The notes beneath the pieces were generated by a model. It had not been told where the DNA came from. It did not search any database and saw nothing but the letters and a program-made list of their open reading frames with translations. From contig OZ320318.1 in the NCBI GenBank assembly GCA_976226885.1, forward strand, positions 79,112,001-79,176,000: DNA of 64,000 nt, given 5' to 3'. This DNA comes from Iphione sp. A-MEVVRFRX5 (taxonomy: Eukaryota). Positions 11,142 through 26,000 of the stretch are shown one piece after another (within the stretch, counting starts at the first letter, position 1; every line of letters begins with the position of its first letter). Both the position numbers and the translations under genes were made by a program.

Positions 11142-13398
11142 TACATACATGTACATACACAGAGTTGTATGCATGTGCATCTTTTTGGGAGATCTAGGAA
11201 AGCCAACCAGGAGGCTTCTGCTTAGAACCTTTTTACTGAAAATGCACTAGAGCCGATCAGTGGCATCACTGATCATTCTCATAAAGCATCCCTACAATGC
11301 GTTCATAGCCACGGAGTCACTAAAAATAATACCTATAACACCACGGGAGATTTTTACCCGTTGTCGACCCTCGTCTGGGAAGGTGCAATGCGAAGGAAGG
11401 TAAGACTCTCTTTTAGTAAGATTTGTCATGGTACTGCTACCCGTTTTGCTGGCTATTTTTCATGGTTTGTATACCATGAAGGAATCATCATGATCATCAT
11501 TAGGCAAGTCTGCAGTGTAATGCCTTGAACAATAATGATAAGGCGTTACAAACTAATATTCATAATGATCTGATGAATGGTGTCGTACAAACTCATGCCA
11601 CTGCCAGATTTTTCCAACTTAGTTTTCAACTTACCTACTACATGTATATGCACTTGACTTTGCTTTAATCATCCCGCATATGCCCATACCAAAAATTAGA
11701 ACGCCAACCTAATTTCTCTGAATTGTAGACAAGTCTTTTGCATATCGTCAAAAGGAAGCAGATGTGTAGAGCATTTGTAATAAAGCCTGGAAAGAAATAT
11801 TTTTGCTGGAACTTATTTATTCATCACGGTGTCTTCATCGCCCTCTCCAGCTCAGTGAGTTAACAATATCAACACATTGTTGTTCAGATATTTTATTTAC
11901 AAAAGTAATATGATAAAGTACTTTGTATCCGAGCCTTCAGAAAAAAAGACCTTGTACATGCAGATACGTAAGGGCCTACTCACTGTATACGTGGAGGAAG
12001 GTACAATTTGTACGATATTAGATGCGTTTATTACAGGCAGCATACCAAAATATTTTACAATGATAGTATAAACGTAAAAAAAATGACACCAGATCTGCCA
12101 TCCATTTTACCGTTACCATGTAGTGAACTGTGAATATTTCCTCAAGGATAAGCGTTTTTCCCACTGATACAGCATAATCTAACTCCACAGCTTCCTCTCC
12201 TCATGGGAATATTTTTTTGCTGGGATGAGTGAAGATCCATGAGGGTAGGATCTAGATCTGTGAATCAAACTGTGACTTGCATGGACCAAAATTACTCCTA
12301 TAATTGTCTCTTGATACTGTAACGATTACAAACGTCTTAAATTAATTCTTTCATTGAGAGTACTTACACTATTGTCAAATATTTTTAAATACCAACGTGC
12401 ATATTATTAAAGCAACTCGCTGCCAGGGAGCATTTCCTGACATGCTGGCAATATGTGAGTACTCAGATTAACCTAATGTTGACGCGTACATACAATGAGT
12501 TCCTTTTTATCTTACCTGCTATTATATCATTACTCAAATAGGCGTGAAGAATTGGAGTGTGTACACTAACGGTTTACATCAATATCTGAATCCTAGAGAT
12601 GGATATCTGAAGAAAAGCGTAGCCGGAGAAACACAAAAAGTGTACGTTTTGACAAAGACACAATTACAAGTACAAACATGTAAAAAGTGAGTCCCTGACA
12701 GGAAAACAAAAATGTCTTGGATTAAAGCTGAAAGCATACAAGCTGTTCATGGCATGAGTGTCTAGCGGGTGAGCCGGTTGTGAAATTGTATATATATACA
12801 ATAGAAACCCTATCTGCGACCGCATCCATTTGTGACCGAATCCTACTTCCGACCATGTCAGCTATGATCAGATGTATTGATTTCTATATAATCAATAATC
12901 AATTTCCGACCAAACTCGCTAATGCGACTTCTTTTGGTGGTGGGACTCAAGGGGTGGTCGCAAATTAGGGTTCTACTGTATTTATCTGTATTTATGTCAT
13001 AGCCAGACCTATAGTAAGCATGATTCCATCCAAGATGAAAATCATATCAACTGGTGTACAGTAGTCGATAGCATCCATATGTTAACTATTAGCAGTATCA
13101 TTGGCCCCTCTTCTCCTACTAATAACTCTTTCTTGGCAAAGCTGGTTTCTATTACTGCCCTAAAGCTAAAAGCCCATGTATCTGTGAGCGCATATTTTCG
13201 CCATGCAGATAAGTCAACAAGAAATAAGCCTGGAGCACGGATAGGTATGCTTCCATGCACATGGATATGTCATAGATACATCCCGAGTAGAGTGTTGTGC
13301 GAACATTTCAAGTGGCAGCTCTACGAGGTATCCCGCTTAAGGCACGGCACACACACACTCACACTCACACACACACACTCACAAGTAGCTAACAAATA

Positions 13399-13556
13399 CA
13401 GTGGGAAGCCTCCTCAGGGAGATGTCTCCAAGAAGGAAAAGTCCCTACGAGGGACATTTCTTGAAAGAACAAATTCTATTTGTTGTATATAAAAAGACGT
13501 CCCTCATAGGTATACGTCTCAATGAGGGACAACTCTGGAAAGAACCAGTGGTGTCC

Positions 13557-13560
<4 letters not shown>
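13399..13560. mobile_element. Truncated inverted copy of the 25554 MITE family
   Basis: TA then CAGTGGGAAGCCTCCTCAGGGAGATGTCTCC, close to the reverse complement of the 25731 end; runs into (GA)n. Confidence 0.6.

Positions 13561-13592
<32 letters not shown>
13560..13592. repeat. (GA)n microsatellite
   Basis: Direct observation. Confidence 0.95.
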
Positions 13593-13595
<3 letters not shown>

Positions 13596-14200
13596 ACAGG
13601 TAACGCATAGCATGACACAGGTGATACACACATAAACAGAGGGTTACAGTAGGCACAAGACAGGAGACAGCTAGACCCCCTTACAGAGAGTTACAGGTGG
13701 CATACAACATGAAACAGATGCCTAAACTGAGGGATTTAAGTTGGCACACCACAGGTAACAGGCACCTTTATGAAGGGTTACTGGGGACACACAACAGTCA
13801 CAGACACCTCTACAGAAGGTTACTGGGGACACACAACAGGCAACAGATACCTACACAGAGGGTTACAGCAGACACACAACATGAAATAGACACCTAAACA
13901 GAGGGTTACAGCTGGCACACAACAGGTCACAGACACCTTTAGAGAGGGTCACAGGTGATGCACTACAGGTAGAGGACACCTATGCGGTATGCAGAGCGTT
14001 ACAGGAGACACACAGCAGATAAAAAAGACCTTTACAGAGGGTTACAGGAGACAGACAATGGGTAACAGACACCTCTATAGAGAGTTACAGGAGGCAAACA
14101 ACATGTAACAAACACCTCTACAGAGGGTTACAGTAGGCACACAACATGTAAGAGACACACTTTCAGAGGGTTACAGGGGACACAACAGGTAGCAGACACT
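13593..14200. repeat. Degenerate ~42-43-bp minisatellite (cagagggttacaggagacacacaacaggtaacagacacctcta-like)
   Basis: gagggttacag and variants recur about every 42-43 bp. Confidence 0.8.
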
Positions 14201-15187
14201 AAAACAGCCCTTTAACCCATGCCCAGTCTCCACGGTCTAGTGGGTAAGAGGGCCAAAACCTATATAGACACGGTACAGGGAGATTTAAGGCCTGCTGTTG
14301 AAGTGGGATCAAAACCCCAGGCCAGCTAGACAGACTTCCACACCAGAAGGAAGTGTGTGTGTGTGTGTGTGTTTGTGTGTGTATGCACCATGCTTTGAGG
14401 TGTTAGCATTTCGCACCGAATAGTCGATCATCTTAATCCTAACCATGCTGTAGTGAAATATTAGCACCCCTCTCAATATAGGACTAAAGATGAAAACATC
14501 CGCCGCCGTGCTTTAAGTGAATTTAATTCAGGAGATAATATACGTGCACTCTCTCTATATCTGTATATGATTATATGCACGTGAAGATAAGTGAAATTTA
14601 CATTATCTGTGCCATCCGTACATGAAGATGGATGAAAACAACATAAAACCAGATCATTTGTATAATGTCAGTACCCAACCTATAATATTCCTTTGCTGCC
14701 TGAGCACCTCTGTTTATGCACTTCTAGCCTAATAACGGAAGGTGATGTGTGGTAAATGGAAGTATCCAACATCGTCTGAGTTAGTTTCCCAGTACCCACT
14801 TGTGTATGGAAACACTCCTGCTGAAACCAATTGGAGCTAAAGTCACAGCCACATGACTGACTATATACAGAGTCAATATCAAAACTACGTACACAAGGAA
14901 AACAAGGCAAATCACTGGCTTGGTTTCCACAGAACAAACTTCGCCTTTAGGGCAGTGAAGTATACTTTCCTAAATATCGTTACTCACAGAGACAATGCGA
15001 CCAAATATTGATTCAGCATGCCGAGGTTTTCCAAGTGGGACCCAGCTATACAGGCCACAGACAGACCCAGATCAGCCCCACCTGGGCTGCCCAGCCGGAG
15101 CCCACCTGTTTTCCTGATGGGTCTGCTGGCTGGAGAGACCAAAGCTAAATGAAACGCCGCATTCGGAAGCAGTCCGGAGAACAGGTT

Positions 15188-15260
15188 AGAAGAAGAAGAA
15201 GAAGAAGAAGAAGAAGAAGAAGAAGACGAAGATGAAGACGGAGAAGAAGACGAAGGAGGA
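15188..15260. repeat. (GAA)n microsatellite decaying into GAAGAC/GGA variants
   Basis: Direct observation. Confidence 0.9.
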
Positions 15261-16316
15261 GCAGCTGTCTCCGATAGCTACACATCTCTAGGCAGTGGCT
15301 GCTGGACACAAGCAATAAAGTAGACCATAACTGGACGGAATCCCAAACTTGGTTGTCTTAAACCACTCACACTATCCTGAGTTTGTACAAGTATGTGATG
15401 TTAAAGATAATACAACGGTTTCAATCTCATGAACTCATAACTAAGGACACGTCGTACCCTTGAAAATCTACGACATTTATAAGAGGTGTCACTCCACAAT
15501 GTATTCCAAAGTGCTGAAATCACTGGTTTACCTCGACTCTAGTACAGTTGAACCTCGCTACTACGACCAACGTCGCATGTGCATGTGTGTTATTCTGTTC
15601 CTTAAAAGTGGTTGTATTGTGGAGGTGGTCTGGTTAGAGAGGTGGTCACTGTCCAGGGCAGACTGTAAATAGGCAGTGCAACCGTGGAATCATTGGGTAC
15701 AGAAATAACGATGGCAAGAAAAAACATACATAGTAATCTTTAGGGTACATGCGGAAACCCTCAAACAATCAGCCACACAAATGGATTAAATAATGTCCCT
15801 TTATTAAAGGAAATCACATAAGACGGGTAATACTGATTGTGCCTTCGAACATGACCATTCACTTCATATATTATATGTGTGTGTCTATAATACATAAATA
15901 ATATAAATACATACCGATTCTAAGGTAAGCAATATGTGTATGTCAATATATATTGGTTGTGAAAAAAAACAGCAACTCAGAAGCTTATCCAACTCTCTCA
16001 TCTGGAAGTAGAGTTGGTTGACTTGTATTTGGAAGATAGTGACATACTTTCCAGAATGAAAAAGGAAAAGAAACAAATAAATGAAATAAGAGACACTGAT
16101 GACATTACTTACCTGCCTATTGTCATATATTTACAGCAAATTCTTTAGAATAAATATTTCAAGTCATGGGGCCCAGGACACAAGTATGCAAACAGTCAAG
16201 CTTTCGACATTTCAAAGCTAACAAAAATCAAATAATTATGACGTATATGGCCAAGGGCAGACTTCCTGCTATACATAGTGAATAACTGCAAGAAGAGAAA
16301 CAGAGGCCCTCTCAGA

Positions 16317-17062
16317 TCAGCTGACTTCTTCAAACTTGGCCACCCTGGAGGCCACAACCGTCTTGTTGTTTGGTCTCTTCTCACCTGGAGGAGGAGGAGG
16401 TTTCTTTTCCACGGTGGCTCCCCCTGGTGTTGAGGAAACAGTTGTGGCATGCAGCTTCAACACAGGCTTCGGGGACAACTGCGGCTTTGTTTTCAGAACT
16501 GGAGGCTTATCAGGACTCAGGCGCTGTTCTATAGCCTTCAGTCTGTTCGCAAAGGAGGATTTCAGCTCCCCCTTGGCCTCGTCCTCCTCCTCCTTGTCCT
16601 TTTTCTCCACCTCGTCTTCGGTCCGACTAAATGCCGTGGTTGCATGTAACCTGTGGGCTAGCGCAGCTTTCAACTCTGAAGTACAGTCCTGATCCGGAGA
16701 GGCCGCCCTCTGGTGGACCTTTAACTGCGCTCCCTCTGTCCTCCCCGGTTTCGCATCAACACTAACAACGTCATGTTCCTTTTTCTTTACATTTGTACCA
16801 AACGGGCTGAAGCTATTGCCAGCTTTGGGTGGAAGGCTTGGTGGACCGGGCTCGGTTGTAACATGACGTTCGGTATTTAGATGAGCAGCTGGTAAGTCTG
16901 CCTTATTCAAAGTGGTCGTCTGGTCTGGAGGTGGAGGGAAAGCAGGTCGTCTAGGTACGAATTCTTCCCTTTGTGACGTCGCATGCGGCGGTACGTCTTT
17001 TGGTGAAGTGTCAGCAATGATGTCGTCATAGATGTCATCATTAGGCACGCCGGAGAAGTCAT
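16317..17062 (-). CDS. NCF1: NCF1-like distal terminal exon 12, proline-rich tail (DDFSGVPNDDIYDDI...VASRVAKFEEVS*)
   Basis: 746 nt; acceptor cctctcttacag; phase 1 fits the exon-11 donor; open to TGA 16317-16319. Linkage to this gene is inferred from strand, phase and position. Confidence 0.8.
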
Positions 17063-20000
17063 CTGTAAGAGGGGAGGAAGTTAATTGTAATCTTTATAAA
17101 AGTCTAAATGCATAGAATTTATGCACTACAGACTATTATGGTTATTATTGTTCTTATTAACCAAAATGCCATTTCCTGACTTGGTATAATAGTGTTATCA
17201 TTCATATACAAGTTTAATGCGATAAGATTCAGGCTAGAGTCTAACTGCGCACAGGTAGAGATATTCAATGCCACCTTATCTTTCCTGAACAGCATATTTC
17301 TTGTGCATGCTTATATAGGTAGATAGAATAAAGCTCAATTGCAAAATTTCTATGGATCATACGGCATTACTAGTTCATAAACGGAGGAAGGACAGCTCTC
17401 GTCGTAGTAATTTATGGACTGGTAATAAGCAATAATGCATGAACGCGGAGAACCAGAGAGCGGTTGGGTATTGTGCCTCATGTGTGATGTACGCTTTCCA
17501 GGAGCACTACATATTACCTATCTAGATGTTTACTAATAAACAATAGCATGAGATAGAAGAGAGATTTATGCAAAGATTTACGTCTATGCTGGTTATCTCA
17601 TTTACTTTATTCTATCAGATAGAAGAGTCTTTGCTCAAGTCTCTCAGAGTCACCTGTTTCGTGCACATAAATCTATAACCTATGCAAACATGCAAACACT
17701 TAATATGTTGTTTACTATCTATGGATGCAAGCTGACCTGGCATGTCTGCTTAGAGGATACGAACAGACCTGGGAGGTATATCCTAAAAAGTACAAGCTTG
17801 CCGGTTTTAGACGACACAATTAGGCCTACAGTGTGCGTCACTTAGGATATCAGGTACCTTGGAAGCTGTATTCTAGAGAATGCAAACAAGTCTTGTTGCT
17901 AATGGTGAGTAATGTAGTATTAGAATGCTAAAGGGTAATGTGAAAACCAATGTTTTCGTGGTATTGTAAGCGTGTACACACGTAATATTATACGTGCAAT
18001 GTACGTACATGCATATTGGGTGGTATTAAAGGCACTGTGAATTTGTATGTGTCTTATATGTATAGTGAAAGGTGGTTGCGCTGTCTTTCACCATAACCGC
18101 CATATCTTGGCTAATCTTGACCAGATTTTGCTTTTCATCATTTAATCCCTCTAGTTGGTCATTATTTAAAAACTGGACATGTCATCATTTACACCTGTAA
18201 GAAATGTTTGCTGGTTATCTTCCGACGCAAATAATAACTTAATCCAAATCACGTGCAGATAGAAATGAGACGCTTTTGCAATGTTACGTGCTGGTTAAGA
18301 TGCAGTTTGTTTATCGTGCAAGTCAGTGACAGTTCGAGGTGCTTATAGATCCAATTGTATTGTTTCTCCTTCCAAAGAATAAAAATAAACGCTTACAAAC
18401 ATGACAAAAGTATACAGACAGGGGCTGAGAACATAGTCATCATACAGGGTTTTCCTGAGTGTAGGACTACGTCCGTGTGCCTGAATGATCTAAAAGAGTA
18501 TTCCAATGTATGAGATAAAGTCAGTATGTCTATAAGGACTGAGTCTTTCTTAAAGTGTTTTACTCTGTATGGGACTAGTACAGTGCGCTCAAGGACTGAA
18601 CCATCTCAGAGCGTATTCCTATGTATATGACAGTTTCAGTGTGCCTGAGGAGGGAGTTATCTCACAGATTATTCTTGTGTTTGACACTAGTTCAGTGTGC
18701 CTGAGAACTGAGTTATCTTACAGATTATTCCCATGTATGGCACTAGTTCAGTGTGCCTGAAGACTGAGTTATCTTATAGATTATTCTTGTGTTTGGCACT
18801 AGTTCAGTGTGCCTGAGGACTGAGTTTATCTTACAGGGTATTCCAGTGTATTTCCCAGTTGACCTACACACAAACAGAAGGCTTATTTGCACGATGGATG
18901 CCTCATACTCACACATTTACTTCATCTGTGTAAGTGTGTCTCCTGTTGAGATGAATATGCTTTCATAATATGGCAAGTAAAAGATAAACGGTTTTCACAA
19001 ATAAAGAGGACTGCTAAAATCATAGATTTTATAAAAAGAACTTGAAGATGTGGGATAAGCAAATACATGGACACTACAATGTGTGATGTCTGAGCATATG
19101 ATTTTAAGTATTTGCAGTTCAGAGACACCTTTAAAGAGAAAAACGGTAATACAAATGTTTTGCTGCTGAAGGATCAAACACTAACTGCCATAGATCTCCG
19201 TTAAAAAGAACGCTGACAAACATTCATTTAAACTAAGTAGGCGTTGTCGTGATGGGCATATACCAACTAGGTTTACATGTACGATTAATCCTGGTCTGGC
19301 CCTGGACGAAACTTCCCAATCCGCGACCAATCCTATTTAGGTAGTGACAGTTTGAAATCCCCGAAAAACAGCACTTTGTCCTAGTTGACTCAGTTTAAGA
19401 TAGTCGAAGCATAATGTTTGTCCACTCAACTTATGGAGAACCCTTCGCCCCACCGCCTCTGTTACGAGACGATCACGTACGAGGATGTTGTGTGCACTCA
19501 GAAAACCCATGGGTCATTTCTGTTCGGCCTTTTTTTCAACGATAAGTAGGAGTTATTAAAACTAATACCCAGACAGACATATCAATATTTGAATCAACAG
19601 GTGCGTCCTGCCAAGATAAGATATGTATAATCATGAAAATGTACCGTCTGAGGAAGTTAACAGTTTCGCCACTACAACATGGTCTGAGAGCAAAAAATGA
19701 TTTCATTATCTGTTACTTCAAGTCGAATGATCTAGGTGATAAGGCCGGTTATAGATTAGGACATAATAAAGAAATAAAGGATTCCAGGATCCTGGAAGTG
19801 TTAGAATGTTAGGCACTATACCCGTGTATGTGAACTATTCAGACCCACCACTCCATGCGTGGACGGTAGGCTGCTCCAGTGAATAAATTATCCCCATGTG
19901 CACGGAAGGTCCTGACCTGCCACCTGATGTGTGCAGACCAATTGGTGTTGGTGCAGTCCACCTGGACCCCGCCACCTTGTGCAGGCTGGAAATAGGCATT

Positions 20001-23000
20001 TATGATATGTAAAACTTATGTATGTATACATCATATACATATGTTAATTGTAAAATATTGTCTTATTGCCAAAATAGAGGCATATTGGTGGAAATTTCAG
20101 GTCTTTTTGTCAAAAGTGATGCATGATCAGTGGAATTTTTGGGTCTTTTTTCAAAAGTGAGGCAAATCGATGGAAATTGCAAGTCATTTTGTCAAAAGTG
20201 AGGCATAACAGTGGAAATTTCATGTCTTTTTGTGCAAATGAAATGTTAATTAGGAACAAATTTTACAGAACTAACATATGTTAAAGCATGTTCACATATG
20301 TTTTATGCCAATTAGGACACTGCATATAGCCCGGGTACATAGGGATAAGCCATACCCCTGGTGGCAGGGAGGTTCAAGACAGCCCAGATCTCATACCCAG
20401 TGGCAGATGTATAACTCATGCACATGGGGATAGCACCTTAAGTTTTCTAATTTTTTTTACATGAAAAATGACTCTTCTGTACAAAAAAATGACTCTTCTG
20501 TACAAACGTACTTTAAACCACACTACTAACAAATCCACCAGCTGATATGACATATGTATCAGTCATAGTTCAACAATGGACAATTCCACACCCAGACTCA
20601 TATGCCCGCACTACTAACACACAGCTATCGACGGACATGACACATGAGCCAGGGTTAATATAGCAGCATGCAAGTTTTACTCATCACTAAGGCTTTGTTC
20701 CTAAGTAAAATAACAGAGTGGTAAATAGACATTCCTACTATACTTTGTCTTCGACGTTACCAGCTTCAGCTTTGAAAAAGTAATCAAGATTGTTGCGAAG
20801 CCTCATGTGCACAAACCAGCAGGAAATTGACGGCCTACTGCTCAGGGTGTTGAGAGACATTCTGCTAAGGAGCCCACCCTATTTTCAATGGCTCTTCAAC
20901 AGGATAGTGGACACATCCACATTTATCTACTTGACAGACAACTCATGTATAAGCACATTCACAAGAAGAGAGTGACTAATAATGTAGCAAACTAACGGCT
21001 GGCTTCAATTTTTCTAGCATCAAGTAACGTCGAGAGAGTATTCGGTCAATAGACTAACGGGCACAAGGGAGGAGATGTCAACACACACAGTGACATCGCT
21101 TGTTGTGGAAATAGTGCTCAAAGCATGCACCAAAGGTCATTACTTCCAACTTTCCTTGTTGGACTTCAGAGAGTCCTTCAATCTTATATCGAGTAGGAAA
21201 TCATGCGGTGATGGAGGGAGTAGGGGGCATCCTTTCATATATGGCCACTCATGAAAAGTGAGGTATTTGATAGGTCCCAATTTGTCGGCATTGGTTCCTA
21301 TGAATCTGACATCAGCTACCTTAGGCTTTAGGCCTGGTGTCCCACAAGGATCGGAGGTTAGCCCCGTTTGTTTCAATCTGATAGTAAACACACTTCCCAG
21401 CCTGTCTCCCACATGGGTCAAAGGCCACTCTCTATCCAGATGACTTGTGAGTTGTTTGAATTGGAAGTGACCTGCTACATCTGATGTAGAACTATGAAAT
21501 GGCAGCATTGAATTGATGCTCTGACTTGCAAAGTTCTACATCTGTGGTGTGAGAAGTCTCAGTACATGACGGCCAGCAAAGCTGCCGGCATTCTACTGGA
21601 CATTGCACTCGGAAACGTCCCTATCAAGCAGAGTGCTCCATGCACCACCCTGGCTTACAAACTGTACAACAGGCTTAATGAGAGTGCAGCGTAGGGCAAA
21701 ACTAAGAGAATGATGTGGATGCAAGGAAAGATGTTGGCCAAGGTAAATTAGAAACTACCTGCATGGACAAGACTTCATTTTCTACAAACTTTAGGGCTGG
21801 TGCATCTCATCTACCAAGCCATAGGGCTATTTGTCTGCAGGTAAAGGTATGTCCAGGCTGGCATGTCAGGGCATCAAATTCCGATCAGCATCAAAGATTA
21901 TGAAAGGTGATCTTGTCCCAGGTTCAATCCGATTGCAAAACCTGGACGTGTAGAACTGCTACTTGGCAAGGCAGGAAAAACTGTTTGCTGTTATTCAGAC
22001 CCAAGCTGTGTGTTCATTTACCACACTGGTACCAATGTCTCAGGAAATGGAGTCAGCTACTGGGGGATACGAACACCAACTTGGGGATATGACCACCAAC
22101 TAAAGATGCATAACAATCAACATGGTCAAGGGATGGCTACAGGATGGTGTGCAGAAGCAAATCTCTCTCAGTGCAACCACATAAACACATATAAGGTACA
22201 TATGATATCTTGAACTCATCAGGGGTAATATGCACCTGACCTGTATGGTGTGCTGCTGAGTTATTCGAGTTCTTCAAAGGTTACACGTTTATGCAACATT
22301 GGTGTTTTCATATGATATCCAGTTAACCGGGCTTCATGAGGTAAGTGTGCAGTGTTTTACCACTATCAAAGAGGCAACAGACTAAACTTTTGATGAGAGT
22401 ACTTTGCATATGAGATCAGAACCAAAATTGGTCAAGCTGATAGGAGGTCCTTATTTGGCAGTGGATGTGATAAGTGGTAATAAAACCATGAAAATGTGAT
22501 TATGTCTTACACATCTGTGTTTCTTGCCTTTTGTCATCGGCCTGTGGATCCTAGTTTCTATGATACTCAGGATTAATGTATTCATATAAACACTGCATTA
22601 TTCCTCAATATGTGTTAGTTGTCTTTACACACATTGTTAATCATTTCTGATTGCACCTATGTATTCAACTAAGAAACAATTTGACGTACTGTCGAGATCT
22701 GGATAGAATGAAATCCTTACAATCCTTAAAAATCCCCACTCCATATATCTAATTTACCCTGGTTATTGATTGTTAACCATGCCCGAAATTCTGGATCCAT
22801 ATGTAAATACCTGTGGTCTCATGAGAAGCCAAAATTTCATGGGCTCCTTCAAGGGGAACACTAAAACTCTACAACTGCTCACTTGTCATATTAAATAAGA
22901 CCTTCCAGTCCATTCGCGAATTGCAATAATCTTGTCAAATACTTGAAATCAAAGAAAGTAGCCATAATACCAGCGATATGTCACAGTAAGTGCTCACTCA

Positions 23001-26000
23001 TGGTAAGTTTTAAGGCTCTGTTAAAGAAGAGATTGAAAATCACATTATCTCTTTAATATTAGTTTCGCAGTTGATGGATTCAGGCAAACTGGGCATGGAA
23101 GAGACTGATGGAGTGAGATGATAGAACGGTAATTCAACCGGAGAGTAACCTGTTCACTACAATATTTCATTGTCATGATGACAATAGTTCCCGCCCCCCT
23201 TGGACCAGAGTGCGTTATGGATACAGATCTATTCTGAGAGGGGTCGACTGAAAGAGATCCTCCTCAAGAAAAGGAGTCCGTCAATGAAAGAGATCCCCCA
23301 TGAGAGAAAATTACCTTAGAATCTTATAATTGCATCCGAAGCAGTGAGTCTTAAACGTAATGTCTGTGGGAGCAGGTGCTTGTGCTTTTTATACCCTTTT
23401 CTTAAAGTGTGGAAATACCGACCTCGGGTAGAACGTTAATGCAAATTCGTCCATGGTGGGTGGTATCGATCATATAACCACCTCAGTGTTTGAATACTGT
23501 GTGAATTCGTTCCAGCCAACAATTCCTCTGAATCATTCAGCAAAGGAGGAGGACCTTTGCACTGAAAGAAGCCTGAATCCGGCATCATATATCTTAAGAC
23601 TAATGAACAGATTAAGTGGTTTTATTTTCGATATTATTGTCTAAAGAATCAGGGAGGGTTTGAAAGCTTACAACCAAAGAATCATTAGGTTCAATGTTTT
23701 ACACAGAAACTTAATATCCATGAAGTTTAAGTTGGCTGTTAGTTCCCAATCTAACATTTTAATTGCAATTGAACAAAAGAAATGGTACCAGTTCGTCCAT
23801 TTTCAGAATTGCGACGTTAGTTACAGCATGGCACCAGAAAGTGGCCATGTGAGAGCAAAGCGATTGCAATATATCCTGCAGCAAGTTAGGACGCCTTGAT
23901 GAAAAAAACCTGGATGAATTCGTTTTTTCAGTTTCACTATGAAAAAAAATCCAAATAACATTCAAAGCAGATTGGCAGTGGCACCATTTTATTATGCTCT
24001 GTTGCAGAAATATAGCGCTTTATTATTCTTATTTCCAGACCTGAGCAGGCATGTTAGATATCAACGGTGAATGATGTCTTTGCTAAAAAAAATCTAAATA
24101 AACTTACGACCAAAGAAGAAGGATCAAATGGCTTTTATTGAAGGGAGTGTGTACAGTCAATGTAAAATAAAAGTGCCGTGATCACACGACCAACTGAAGA
24201 GGTATGTGAGTGGTAACCCAGGCACGCTGGGACGGTTAGTGCAAGGATTTACTTATCTACAATATGTACAAATAACAATCATACAGTGCAATGAACGTGT
24301 TGTTTGTCAAATATTCAATGTGAAAGGAATCGTCATTGCTAAGAGGACTTTTGTAACTAACAATTATTTATCGTATGAATGGAATGTGCACCTATCTAAA
24401 CGCCAGTCTTCTCACGTACACAGTGACATCTTCGCTCAAGATTACTTCTATAAGGGGTGCCTTATTAGTATTGCCGACAGAATCATTGACAATATACTCC
24501 GGAAATGTCTCATCCGCACACCACCGTTTATACGTTTATATACACGGTTTCATAGACCCACATTAACCCTAGCTTACACATATTAATCAATAATATGGCA
24601 ATCTACAGCCCTTTCGAAAGTAAACATTGGCCATCACCTAACTGTAATGGAATCCCCCACACTCCCCTAACTGAGGGTTTCTACAGACACCTATTAAGCA
24701 CATGTTGGGATAAAACAAAAACAAAACCGACAGATTAAGCTGAAAAAAACTAATTTCCTTCAAGATTTCCTTAGCATCAGCAGTATGGTATAGCTCAGTT
24801 TGGGTCTAAATACAACAATGGGCTGATTTTGCCCCCTTTTTTTATTTCCGGGCCTATTATTTAGAAAAAAAAATAAAGAGACAAGGTTAAAATCAGAGGT
24901 CAAAATTTTAGAGTTCTAGTTCACAGTTAATAGGTTTCCAAGGTTTAATAGAATAGTCCTGTAGTTGGAAGTAAGAGGGCGATTAAGACATCAACGTGAA
25001 ATTCCCTAACTAGAGGGAATGGAAAAATAGAATCAGGGCTGGATGTGAAAGAACTTTTATATTTATATGCGATCAAATCTTCCTTCTTTAGTGAACTTAT
25101 TATCCAAGAACAGAATGTGTTTCCATGGCAAAATGTTGTAAGGCTTCTTTTACTTATGATTAAAATTTGCTATTATAAAACATACCATTACAAAAAAAGT
25201 ACTGTTGTCAACAGTTTGTTATTAAATATTGAATGAAGGTATACCTCTGTTAATGAAGTAGATGCATTCTTTGAAATTATTTTATTCTGGGGAAACCTTG
25301 TTTTGAGAGGCAGGTCATTTCAGCATGAATTTACACGGTTTGCATTTGTTCCCTTGGATGCAAATGCATGAATCTGTCTTTTTTCCTTCCGAGTAAACAT
25401 TTCAACCCATAGCTTGTTAAAAAGTGTCCTCACGCCACAGGGCCTACAGAAGCAACCGACTTTCTTATCCAAAGGTTTTGTTCTAAGAGGCTTCGTTAAC
25501 AGAGGTAAACTTGCAGAAAGGATGTTACTATACGGACAGTTTAAAATAAACTACAGTGGAAAGCCTCTAATCAGGACACCCTTGGTTCTGTCCCAAAGTG
25601 TCCCTGTTTGAGACATGTCCCTATTAGAGATTTCTTTTTATATAGAACAAATAGAATCTGTTCTTCCCAAAAGTGTCCCTATTAGAGACATGTCCCTATT
25701 GGAGACTTGTCCCTAAGGTGGCTTTCCACTGTACTATAAAACATACTTTCACCAGTGAAGTGGTTAACATAAAATACAGTATAATTTCTGCAAAACAATG
25801 TACATAAATTATACCAAAGCAAATGACTGAATTAACCCTGTCATCTTCCCAGCTTTGATAACTATTTTTGATATACATGTACTTACTGGCAGCATCACAT
25901 ATCTAAAAAAAATTGGAGGACATGTCCTCATTTATACGACGTCTGTACAATATGTTCGAGGCATTTCCTCGTAAATATAACATTCAATGATTTCACTTTA

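Noticed and set aside
16336-16692. + strand ORF opposite exon 12
   Set aside because: Antisense shadow of a Pro/Lys/Glu-rich exon.
22860-24600. Short ORFs (23453-23644, 23660-23899, 24206-24586) as transposase or viral remnants
   Set aside because: No recognisable motif in any frame; would need a translated search.
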